Of a stretch of 64,000 nt of DNA, positions 52,345 through 62,616 are shown in pieces. The first letter of the stretch is position 1, and each line of letters starts with the position of its first letter. The notes under the pieces were generated by a model. The model saw only the letters and a list, made by a program, of their open reading frames with translations. It made no database searches and had not been told where the DNA came from. The stretch spans positions 45,756,001 through 45,820,000 of the forward strand of contig NC_086112.1 in the NCBI RefSeq assembly GCF_963921235.1. The letters are read 5' to 3'. The DNA is from Mobula hypostoma (taxonomy: Eukaryota). The position numbers were made by a program, and so were the translations under genes.

Positions 52345-54005
52345 CTGATTAGGGACAGTACGTTTGAGGATGAGTAGGTTGTGTTTCACAAGCCATGCTG
52401 AATTATTCATGGAGGCGATGAAACAAATTGATGAAGTTAGAGAAGTCAATGTGATCTATATGGATTTTAGTAAGGCGTTAGACAAGGTTCCCCATGGTAA
52501 GCTCATTCATGAAGCCAGGAGACATGGGGTCCTGGGAAACTAAGCTGCATGGATTTGGAATTAGCTTGCCCATAGAAGCAGGGGCTGGTCGTAAATGGAG
52601 TGTATTCTGCCTGGAGGCCAGTGTTCTGCAGGGATCCACTCTGAGACCCCTGCTCTTTGTGATTTTTATAAATAATTTAGAAGAGGAAGAAAAGAGTGGG
52701 TTAAAAACGTAAACATGAGGAATTCTGCAGATGCTGGAAATTCAAGCAAAACACATCAAAGTTGCTGGTGAACGCAGCAGGCCAGGCAGGATCTCTAGGA
52801 AGAGGTACAGTCGACGTTTCAGGCTGAGACCCTTCGTCAGGACTAACTGAAGGAAGAGTTAGTAAAAGATTTGAAAGTGGGAGGAGGAGGGGGAGATCCA
52901 AAATGATAGGAGAAGACAGGAGGGGGAGGGATGGAGCCAAGAGCTGGACAGGTGATGGCAAAGGGGATATGAGAAGATCATGGGACCCCTTCCATCCCTC
53001 CCCCTCCTGTCTCCTCCTATCATTTTGGATCTCCCCCTCCTCCTCCCACTTTCAAATCTCTTACTAGCTCTTCCTTCAGTTAGTCCTGACGAAGGGTCTC
53101 GGCCGGAAACGTCGACTATACCTCTTCCTAGAGATGCTGCCTGGCCTGCTGCGTTCACCAGCAACCTTGATGTATGTTGTTCAAAGAGTGGGTTAGTAAG
53201 TTTCCAAATGACAGGAAAGTTGTTGGTGTTGTGGATAGCTGTCGTAGGTTATAATCAGACACTAATCGGATGTGGAGCAGAGAAGAGGCAGATGGAGTTC
53301 AATTCAGAAAATTGTGAAGTGATACACTTTTGAAAGATGAATTTTAAAGCAGAGTGCAGTGTTAATGGCTGGATTCTTAGCAGTGCGGAGGAACAGAGGG
53401 ATCTTGGGGTCCACGTCCGTAGATCCTCAAAGTTGCTGCGTGTTAAGAAGGTGCATGGTGTGTTTGTCTTTGTTTAGTCATGGGATTGATTTCAAGAGCT
53501 ATGAGGTAATGTAGCAACTCTATAAAACTCTGGATATACCACACTCTGATTATTGTGGTCACTTCATTATAGGAAGGATGTGGAAGTTTTAGAAAGGCTG
53601 CAGAGGAGATTTACCAGGATGCTGCCTCATGAGGAGAGGTTGAGTGAGCTAAAGGTTTACTCTTTGGAGCAAAGGAGAGTGAGAGGTGATTCAAAGGAGG
53701 GTAAGAGGCATAGGTAGAATGGATAGCCAACATCTATTTCCCAGGGCAGCAATGGGGAATACGAGAGGGCATAATTTTAAGGTGATTGGAGGAAAGTATA
53801 GGGGGTTGTCAGAGGTAGGACTTTACACAGAGAGGTGTAGGTGCATGGAACATGCTGCCAGGAGTGCTGGTAGAGGCAGATACATTAAGGACATATAAGA
53901 AACTCTTATATTGGCACATGGATAAAAAAAAAATGGAGGGCAATGTGGGAGAAACGAGTTAGATTGACCTGGAAGCAGGATAATAGTTCAGCAAAACATT
54001 GTGAG
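52345..54005 (+). mobile_element. Decayed CR1 LINE interrupted by a Penelope fold-back
   Basis: YMDFSKALDKVPH, QGSTLRPLLFVIFINNL, MEFNSENCEVIHF, TRGHNFKVIGG. Confidence 0.85.
52704..53182. mobile_element. Fold-back Penelope pLTR pair
   Basis: 13-bp TSD AAAGAGTGGGTTA; ~190-bp inverted arms, each with a CTGACGA..GAAAC hammerhead core. Confidence 0.92.
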
Positions 54006-54014
54006 TCAAAAATA

Positions 54015-55985
54015 CTGGTGCCGAAGAAGAATGTGGTAAATGCCTCAATGACTACAGTCCAGTAGCACTTATGTCCACTTCAATGCAGTGCTTTGAGAGG
54101 CTGGTGATGAAACATATCAACTCCTCCCTGAGAAGTGACTTGGATCTGACCCAATTTGCCTACAGGCACAGCTGGTCCTCAGCAGATGCCATCTCATCGG
54201 CTCTTCACTCAGCCCTGGAACATCTGGACAACAAAGATGCATTCATCAGATACTTCTTATCAACTAAAGCTTGGCATTCAACACTACCTAAAAACAAATC
54301 AATAGGGCTCACAACCTTGGTCTCCATACTTTCTTGTGCAATTGGATCCTTGACTTCCTCAGTTCAGATTGGCAACAACATCTCCTCCACTATCTCCATT
54401 AGCGCAGGTGCACCACAAGGCTCTGTGCTTATCCCCCTGCTCTACTCACTTTATGCTTACAACGGTGAGGCCAAGCAGAGCTCCAATATTTTAAAACAAA
54501 AGAAAATCTGCAGATGCTGTAAATCCAAGTATCCAAGTAACACACTCAAAATGCTGGAGGAACTCATTCAAGCCAGGCAGAATCTATAGAAAAGGGTATA
54601 ATTGATGTTTCGGGCTGAGACCCTTCATTAGGATTGAAGAAAAAAAAGATGAGGATTCAGAGTTAGAAGGTGGGGGGAGGGGAGGAAGAAACACAAGGTG
54701 AAAGGTGAAACCGGGAGTGGGGGGAGGGGTGAAGTAAAGAGCGGGGAAGTTGATTGGTGAAAGAGATATAGGGCTGGAGAAGGAGGAAACTAATAGGAGA
54801 GCACAGAAGGCCATGGATGAAAGAAAAGTGGGGGGGGGCGGGGGGAGGAGCACCAGAGGGAGGTGATAGGCAGATAAGGAGATAAGTTGAGAGGGAATGG
54901 AAATGGTGAATGGTGAAGGAGGGGCACAAACGGGAGTTAGAGAAATCGATTTTCGTGCCACCAGGGTGGAGACTGCTGAGTGTGGCCTCATTGCAACAAT
55001 AGATACTTAAGTTTGCCATGTTTAAGTTTGCGGACTGTTGTTGGCTGAATCAAAAGTGGTGATGAATCAGTATACAGGAGGGAGATTGAAAATCTAACTG
55101 AGTGATGCTGCAACAACACAGTTTCACTCAATGTCAGCAAGACCAAGGGGCTGATGATTGACTTCAGGAGGAGGAAATTAGAGGTCTTTTTTGAGGAATC
55201 AGAGGTGGAGAGGGTCAGTGGGTTTAAATTCCTCAGTGTTATAATTTCAGAGAATCTGTTCTGGGCCCAGCACGTAAGTGCAATTATGAAGAAAGCATGG
55301 GGGTGCCTCTAATTCCTTAGAAATTTACGAAGGTTGGGCATATCATCTAAAACTTTGAGAAACATCTATAGCTGTGTGGTGGAGAGTATATTGTCTGGCT
55401 GCATCACGGCCTGGTATGGAAACACCAATGCCCTTGAACGGAAAATCCTACAGAAAGGTAGTGGATATAGTCCAGTCCAACACAGGTAAAGCACTCCCCT
55501 GCATTGAGCACATCTATACGGAGCGTTGTCACAGGAAACTAACATAAATTATCAAGGACCAACACTACACAGGCTATGCTCTCTTCTCACTGCTGCCATC
55601 AAGAAGAAGGTACAGGATCCTCAAGACCACCAGGTTCAGGAACAATTATTACCTCTCAATCATCAAGTGAAGTTATCCCCTCTTGAACCAGAGGGGATAA
55701 CTTCACTTGCCCCATCACTGAAATGTTCCCACAACTTATGGACTCACTTTCAAGGACTCTTAATCTCCTGTTCTTGATATATATTGTTTATATAATTATT
55801 ACTATTATTTTTCTCTTTCATATTTGCACAGTTCGTTGTCCTTTTCACATTGATTGCTTGTTTGTCCTGTTGGATGTGGTCTTTCAATGATTCCATTGTG
55901 TTTTTAGGATTTACTGTGCATGCCCACAGGAAAAATGTCAGAGTTCTATATGGCGACATATATGTACATTGATAATAAATTTCTT
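54015..55985 (+). mobile_element. Rex1/Babar-type LINE (RT to tail), interrupted by a Penelope fragment
   Basis: CLNDYSPVAL, MQCFERLVMKHI, QFAYR, GAPQGSVL.PLLYSLY, standard tail. Confidence 0.88.
54495..55002 (-). mobile_element. Penelope-like element fragment (ORF end + pLTR)
   Basis: LSIYCCNEATL..LHPGGTKIDFSN; purine-rich pLTR; CCTAATGAAGGGTCTCAGCCCGAAAC. Confidence 0.85.
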
Positions 55986-56599
55986 TGTAACAGTACTGTG
56001 CTGTACTGTTCTTTGATTGATGTTCTATGGTGGAGCAGATAAAAGTAACTTTAGCTTAGTCATTGGGTAGTTTGTTTGTCTGGAGATAAAAATGGGTCTG
56101 TGAACATGCAATTTTAGAGAAAAAACTATAGGTAAGTATTCGTCTGCAATCTCAGCTGAACTTGCATTGCAATGGAACAACACAGAAATTTGGACGTTGA
56201 GGAGGACTAGTTCCTCACAATTCAGGTAAAATTGATGTTGGTTTTGAAGTGGTAATGGGTCCAAGAATGCAACTGCAATGATCCTGGTTTTCCTGATTGG
56301 AGGGCTGGCAAAATATTTTCCTCTAATCCAGCCTAGTTTATATTGTAGGCTTATTATTAACCCTTCCAGGATATGAAACTGCTAGTCTTTTGCATTTTAG
56401 AGTGCGTGTGATTTTCCTTGCGCAGTTGCCTCTTTACTGGTGATCCTTCCGCAGTACTGCTGAAGCTTTACTGACTGTGGAGAATCCCCTGCTGGTGGAG
56501 TGGTAGAACTGACATCAGAAATGGTAATGTCTGTGAGTTGAGTGGAAAACGTGCCACACCAGAACAATCTACTTGGAGGATAAACCCTGCCATAATGAT

Positions 56600-58100
56600 A
56601 AGATCATAAAACCATAAGATATAGGAGCAGAAGTAAGCCATTCAGCCCATCGAGTCTGCTCCGCCATTCAATCATGGGCTGATCCAATTCTTCCAGTCAT
56701 CCCCACTCCCCTGCCTTCACCCCATACCCTTTGATACCCTGGCTAATCAAGAACTTATCTATCCCTGCCTTAAATACACTCAATGACTTGGCCTCCACAG
56801 CCACTTGTGGCAACAAATTCCACAGATTTACCACCCTCTGACTAAAGTAATTTCTCCACATTTCAGTTCTAAATGGACATCCTTCAATCCTGAAGTTGTG
56901 CCCTCTTGTCCTAGAATCCCCTACCATGGGAAATAACTTTGTCATATTTAATCTGTTCAGGCCTTTTAACATTCAGAATGTCATTATGAGATCCCCCCCT
57001 CATTCTCCTGAACTCCAGGGAATACAGCCCAAGAGCTTCCAGACTTTCTTCATATGGTAACCCTTTCATTCCTGGAAGCATTTTTGTGAATCTTCTCTGA
57101 ACCCTTTCCAATGTCAGTATATCCTTTCTAAAATAAGGAGCCCAAAACTGCACACAATACTCCAAGTGTGATCTCACCAGTGCCTTATAGAGCCTCAACA
57201 TCACATCCCTGCTCTTATATTCTATACCTCTAGAAATGCCAATGAATGCCAACATTGCATTCGCCTTCTTCACAACCGACTCAACCTGGAGGTTAACCTT
57301 TAGGGTATCCTGCACAAGGACCCCCAAGTCCCTTTGCATCTCTGCATTTTAAATTCTCTCCCCATCTGAATAATAGTCTGCCTGTTTATTTCTTCCACCA
57401 AAGTGCATGACCATACACTTTCCAACACGGTATTTCATTTGCCACTTCTTTGCCCATTCCCTTAAACTATCTAAGTCTCTCTGTGGGCTCTCTGTTTCTT
57501 CAACACTACCTGCTCTTCCACCAATCTTTGTATCATCAGCAAATTTAGCCACAAATCCATTAATACCGTAGTCCAAATCATTGATATACATCGTAAAAAG
57601 CAGCAGTCCCAACACGAACCCCTGTGGAACTCCACTGGTAACCGGCAGCCAGCCAGGATAGAATCCGTTTATTCCCACTTTCTGTTTTCTGCCAATCAGC
57701 CAATGCTCCACCCATGCTAGTAACTTCCCTGTAATTCCATGGGCTCCTATCTTGCTAAGCAGCCTCATGTGTGACACCTTGTCAAAGGCCTCTGAAAATC
57801 CAAGTACACCACATCTACTGCATCTCCTTTGTCTACTAGTATTCAAATATAACACTTTCAATCCAGTATTTGTTGCTTTCTGTTTTAACTGCACCACACC
57901 TCTATTGCCCTGTAACTCATGCCACTGGCTGTGATTATGCCTCATCTCCTGCCTGTCCTTTCTGTCATCTCTGTTGCACACTATCTTTGATTTATTTCTG
58001 TTTTCCCCTTCCTCAATCCCATCACTCCGGTTCCCATCCCCCTGCCAAATTAGTTTAAACCCTCCCTAACAGCCCTATTAAATGTGCCCGCTAGGATATT
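56600..58100 (-). mobile_element. CR1 LINE, internally deleted (ORF2 start fused to RT and tail)
   Basis: GLKVLYLN (EN start) joined to FSEAFDKVSH, VTSGVPQG, KFADDTKIGG, LGLYSLEFRRMRG. Confidence 0.92.
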
Positions 58101-58404
58101 AGACTCTTATGCTATTTAAAACAAGAAAGACTGTGCATACAACTATTCAAATATGCTGAATATTATTGTGGAGTAATTCCCAATTTGCTGCTTTCATTGA
58201 GAGAGGAACAAGTCCAAATCTGTCTCTCAATATTTCTGGCTTCCCTGAGTTCTCTGACCTTGCATCAAACTTTCCCATTTCTTCAATTCATTCAAAAGGT
58301 CAAGAACAAATATTCTTCTTGGTTATATCAGGCTATCCAGTTCACTCTGGAAGCAATTCTTCCGGGCTTCTCTGTAAGCAGCATAATCTGTACTTCATCT
58401 AGAG

Positions 58405-58484
58405 CAGGTGTTCCTGAGCTTTTCATATGCCATGAACCCCAACCAATAACCAAGGCTTCGTGGACCCTTGGTTGGGAGCCCTTG
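58405..58484. mobile_element. hAT (Charlie-like) MITE
   Basis: CAGGTGTTCC...GGGAGCCCTTG termini; 8-bp TSD ATCTAGAG/ATCGAGAG. Confidence 0.72.
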
Positions 58485-60181
58485 ATCGAGAGTAATTGGA
58501 AGAAATTTGAGTGCACTTCACGTTGAGTTTTAATTTTGCAAAAAATCAGTACAGAGCTAAATAAATTCCTGTTTATTTTTTAATCTTTCTTTTCCGACAA
58601 CATCAAAGACAGAGAAAGTTCCTGCTTGGTGTGATCAGAAGCTAAATCTAAGCAGAAGGTTTAGACCAGTTTTTCCTCTGTATTTTCTGAATACTACTTG
58701 GAGGAAGAGGAAACTTAGCCTAATTGTCTGTAAGGTGGATCTCTAGCCCCATTCCTTCTATTCCCTGATATTTCAAATTTTGTGAATGCATCCTTTTAAT
58801 GTTATGTAACTCCAATCCTTTAATATCTGGAAAATTCATTCATGTACCCAATCAAAGAGCTTAATTAATTTTCAAAAATCCACAAAAATATTACCAAACT
58901 ATACCTCCTTTCTATTTCTCCAATTCCTCTCCACCACTCTAGTAACTTCAACCCCAGCTTCATATTTTGCCAGCATTAAGGATTGGACCTTTGCCCACAG
59001 TAGTTTGGGGACAAACTAATTTATCTGGAGATCCATATAAAATAAATGAAAGGAAGCCTGAGGACTTTAATGCTCCCTTCATAGTGTTTCAGCATTGTTC
59101 TGGTGGTGCAGTGGTTTTCATGATTCCAAAATTAAATACTGATACCATTTTCATTAACTGGAAAACGTGGTCCCTAAGTTAATGCAGTGATGACTGCATT
59201 GTTAACAAGTTAAAACTAGAGGAAGTCAACTGGCTAAAAGTTCTTTAAACATTCCAAAATGTTTGATTTGTTGAAACAAATGGCCAACAAAACATGTCAT
59301 GATTACTTACAGAGAGATACACATTGAAACAGTTTCTTCATCTCACAGTCTTACCAAATGCCTATTTATACTAATCCTACCCTAACCCATGTTATTCTCC
59401 CTACATTACTATCATCTAAAAAGAATGCAATGAGAATACACCAATTTCTTATTCACAGCTTAGAATTCTATAGTATTCACTCAAAATGGAAAGTTTCAGT
59501 GTCAATAACAGATACAAATCTGTAGACACCCATCTTCTAGGTGCGTAAGGCAAACAGAGTGAGAGGAAGGAAGGAAAAGCTGCAAATCACAAAAGTAATT
59601 AAAGAATTAAAAAAGAGGAACCAGCATTAATATATGGGAAAATTTTAACTGCATTGAATGACAACTGGCATTCATGATGGGGATGCAATGAGAAGTCTAA
59701 TCTATTTTAATAGCTCGGCTTCATCATCAAGTTATTCATTTAATTAAGACCTCCTTGACACTTTTGAACAAATATTTAATCACAACAACTTGCATATATA
59801 AAATAAATGCCCCAATATGCTTTACAGGATTACACTCATAGGAACAACTAACATTGATTCACATAAATGAGATGAAAGAATAGGTGACCAAAAGCCTAAC
59901 CAAACAAGACTTTTCAAGGACGCAAACAACAGGAATTCTGCAGATGCTGGAAATTCAAGCAACACACATAAAAGTTGCTGGTGAACGCAGCAGGCCAGGC
60001 AGCTTCTCTAGGAAGAGGTGCAGTCGATGTTTCAGGCCGAGACCCTTCGTCAGGACTAACTGAAGGAAGAGTGAGTAAGGGGTTTGAAAGTTGGAGGGGG
60101 AGGAAGTGGGAGGAGCCAAAGGAGAAATTATTAAGAGTAAGGACTAATTCCGCTAGACGGAGCAGAGTGGTGGTAGAGGGG

Positions 60182-61471
60182 AATTCCAGACCTAATCAGT
60201 TCCCCTCTACCACCACTCTGCTCCGTCTAGCGGAATTAGTCCTTACTCTTAATAATTTCTCCTTTGGCTCCTCCCACTTCCTCCAAACTAAAGGTGTAGC
60301 TATGGGCACCCGTATGGGTCCTAGCTATGCCTGCCTTTTTGTTGGCTTTGTGGAACAATCTATGTTCCGTGCCTATTCTGGTATCTGTCCCCCACTTTTC
60401 CTTCGCTACATCGACGACTGCATTGGCGCTGCTTCCTGCACGCAAGCAGAGCTCGTTGACTTTATTAACTTTGCCTCCAACTTTCACCCTGCCCTCAAGT
60501 TTACCTGGTCCATTTCCGACACCTCCCTCCCCTTTCTAGATCTTTCTGTCTCTGTCTCTGGAGACAGCTTATCCACTGATGTCTACTATAAGCCTATGGA
60601 CTCTCATAGCTATCTGGACTATTCCTCTTCTCACCCTGTCTCTTGCAAAAACGCCATCCCCTTCTTGCAATTCTTCCATCTCTGCCGCATCTGCTCTCAG
60701 GATGAGGCTTTTCATTCTAGGACGAGGGAGATGTCTTCCTTTTTTAAAGAAAGGGGCTTCCCTTCCTCCACTATCAACACTACTCTTAAACGCATCTCCC
60801 CCATTTCACGTACATCTGCTCTCACTCCATCCTCCCGCCACCCCGCTAGGAATAGGGTTCCCCTGGTCCTCACCTACCACCCCACCAGCCTCCGGGTCCA
60901 AAATATTATTCTCCGTAACTTCCGCCACCTCCAACGGGATCCCACCACTAAGCACATCTTTCCCTCCGCCCCCCCCGCATTCCACAGGGATCACTCCCTA
61001 CGCAACTCCCTTGTCCATTTGTCCCCCCCATCCCTCCCCACTGATCTCCCTCCTGTCACTTATCCGTGTAAGCGGAACAAGTGCTACACATGCCCTTACA
61101 CTTCCTCCCTTACCACCATTCAGGGCCCCAAACAGTCCTTCCAGGTGAGGCAACACTTCACCTGTGAGTCGGCTGGGGTGATATACTGCGTCCGGTGCTC
61201 CCGATGTGGCCTTTTATATATTGGCGAGACCCGACGCAGATTGGGAGACCGCTTTGCTGAACACCTACGCTCTGTCCGCCAGAGAAAGCAGGATCTCCCA
61301 GTGGCCACACATTTTAATTCCACCTCCCATTCCCATTCTGACATGTCTATCCACGGCCTCCTCTACTGTAAAGATGAAGCCACACTCAGGTTGGAGGAAC
61401 AACACCTTATATTCCGTCTGGGTAGCCTCCAACCTGATGGCATGAACATCGACTTCTCTAATTTCCGCTAA
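60182..61471 (+). CDS. Uninterrupted 3' part of the Penelope RT + GIY-YIG endonuclease ORF (5'-truncated)
   Basis: About 430 stop-free codons with RT core and GIY-YIG motifs; the N-terminal ~70 aa of the predicted 498-aa ORF are antisense junk. Confidence 0.8.
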   Translation, partial: NSRPNQFPSTTTLLRLAELVLTLNNFSFGSSHFLQTKGVAMGTRMGPSYACLFVGFVEQSMFRAYSGICPPLFLRYIDDCIGAASCTQAELVDFINFASNFHPALKFTWSISDTSLPFLDLSVSVSGDSLSTDVYYKPMDSHSYLDYSSSHPVSCKNAIPFLQFFHLCRICSQDEAFHSRTREMSSFFKERGFPSSTINTTLKRISPISRTSALTPSSRHPARNRVPLVLTYHPTSLRVQNIILRNFRHLQRDPTTKHIFPSAPPAFHRDHSLRNSLVHLSPPSLPTDLPPVTYPCKRNKCYTCPYTSSLTTIQGPKQSFQVRQHFTCESAGVIYCVRCSRCGLLYIGETRRRLGDRFAEHLRSVRQRKQDLPVATHFNSTSHSHSDMSIHGLLYCKDEATLRLEEQHLIFRLGSLQPDGMNIDFSNFR

Positions 61472-61764
61472 TGCCCCACCTCCCCCTCGTACCCCATCTT
61501 TTACTTATTTTTATACACACATTCTTTCTCTCACTCTCCTTTTTCTCCCTCTGTCCCTCTGACTATACCCCTTGCCCATCCTCTGGGTCCTCCCCCACTT
61601 GTCTTTCTTCCCGGACCTCCTGTCCCATGATCCTCTCATATCCCCTTTTGCCTATCACCTGTCCAGCTCTTGGCTCCATCCCTCCCCCTCCTGTCTTCTT
61701 CTATCATTTTGCATCTCCCCCTCCCCCTCCAGCTTTCAAATCCCTTACTCACTCTTCCTTCGTT

Positions 61765-61800
61765 AGTCCTGACGAAGGGTCTCGGCCTGAAACGTCGACT
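61765..61800 (+). ncRNA. Minimal type I hammerhead ribozyme in the Penelope pLTR
   Basis: AGTC-CTGACGA-AGG(GTCTCGG)CCT-GAAA-CGTC^GACT: stem I AGTC/GACT, stem II AGG/CCT, palindromic ACGT stem III. Confidence 0.85.
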
Positions 61801-62045
61801 GTACCTCTTCCTAGAGATGCTGCCTGGCCTGCTGCATTAACCAGCAACTTTTACGTGTGTTGCAAGAGTTTTCAAGGAGCACCTTAAAGAAAGCAAGCGA
61901 TGCAGAGAGATTTAGTCTGGGAACTTCAGAATTTGCTGCTTAGGAGCTGAAAGCAAAGCCATCAGGAAGAGGGATGTAGGAGATCAGGATTGAACAATGG
62001 AGCTTAATTGTAGGAACTTGACAATTCTCAGAGAGATGGAGAAAA

Positions 62046-62616
62046 TTATGTTATATTGTTCATCCATCGCTGACGTCGATGAGGACCTCGACACCATTAT
62101 GATGGTGTCGAGACTAGCGCTTGATTTGGATTTAAGTGAGGGAGAGTTGCGCAGCGTCAGCCTCACTCTCTCTTCCTGATTCCCATCTGGATCCAGTGGC
62201 AAGACAGAGTCTAGACGGCTGGAGATGGGACTAGGTGCAGTGGATGACCAGGACGTCTTCTGTGTCTTGTCCTGCTCTACATGTTCCACGACGCTTGCAG
62301 AGACCGCCTTCTTGACCGTTGGACCTTCCGTAGGTCTCGTCCGCTCAATCCGCCGGAGTCTGTCTTCACATGCTGGGATAGACAACTCCCTATCACACCG
62401 AGGGTTTGAGACCCGTCGGCTACCCTCACCTGGTTTAGCCGGCTTGTTGAAGCCGTTGCCCGGGGTGTGGCCGCTGTCGCATGCAAACAGCTACGGGGAG
62501 CCACAGGTGAGAGCTGAGTGCCAGGTGGTGACCAAAGGTGGACTAACCGCCCTGAAAAGGACGTGACATGTTCCCCCACCAGAGGTGCTACCCCTCCCTG
62601 ACACCCCAGACACCCC
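62046..62616 (-). mobile_element. Short non-coding retro-element: HDV-like ribozyme head + RTE-like hairpin tail
   Basis: GC- and CpG-rich island in an AT-rich context; 5' end is a ribozyme P1; 3' hairpins CTCGACACCATCATAATGGTGTCGAG and CATCG..CGATG, then an A-rich microsatellite-like end. Confidence 0.72.
62425..62607 (-). ncRNA. HDV-like self-cleaving ribozyme (predicted)
   Basis: P1 GGGGTGT/ACACCCC; P2 CTCACCTG/CAGGTGAG; P3 GGC/GCC; L3 begins TCCCCG; P1.1 CC/GG; GGGCAAC; P4 CGGCTT/AAGCCG; J4/2 GCTAA with the catalytic C at 62438. Confidence 0.85.

Larger units (their letters stand above)
59921..61862 (+). mobile_element. Penelope-like element: inverted 5' pLTR + inverted ORF piece + RT/GIY-YIG 3' half + pLTR
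   Basis: 16-bp TSD CAAGA(C/G)TTTTCAAGGA (59905-20 / 61863-78); GVAMGTRMGPSYA, RYIDD, FLD, YKP, VIYC..C..LYIGET.R.L..RF.EH. Confidence 0.96.

Noticed and set aside
51808-52352. Inverted CTAATCAGAT/ATCTGATTAG flanks as TIRs
   Set aside because: The right copy looks like ordinary CR1 sequence, so the match is probably coincidental.
59975-61471. 498-aa ORF as a complete gene
   Set aside because: The start is a non-ATG codon in antisense pLTR, and the first ~70 aa come from inverted segments. Only the 3' part is a genuine Penelope ORF.
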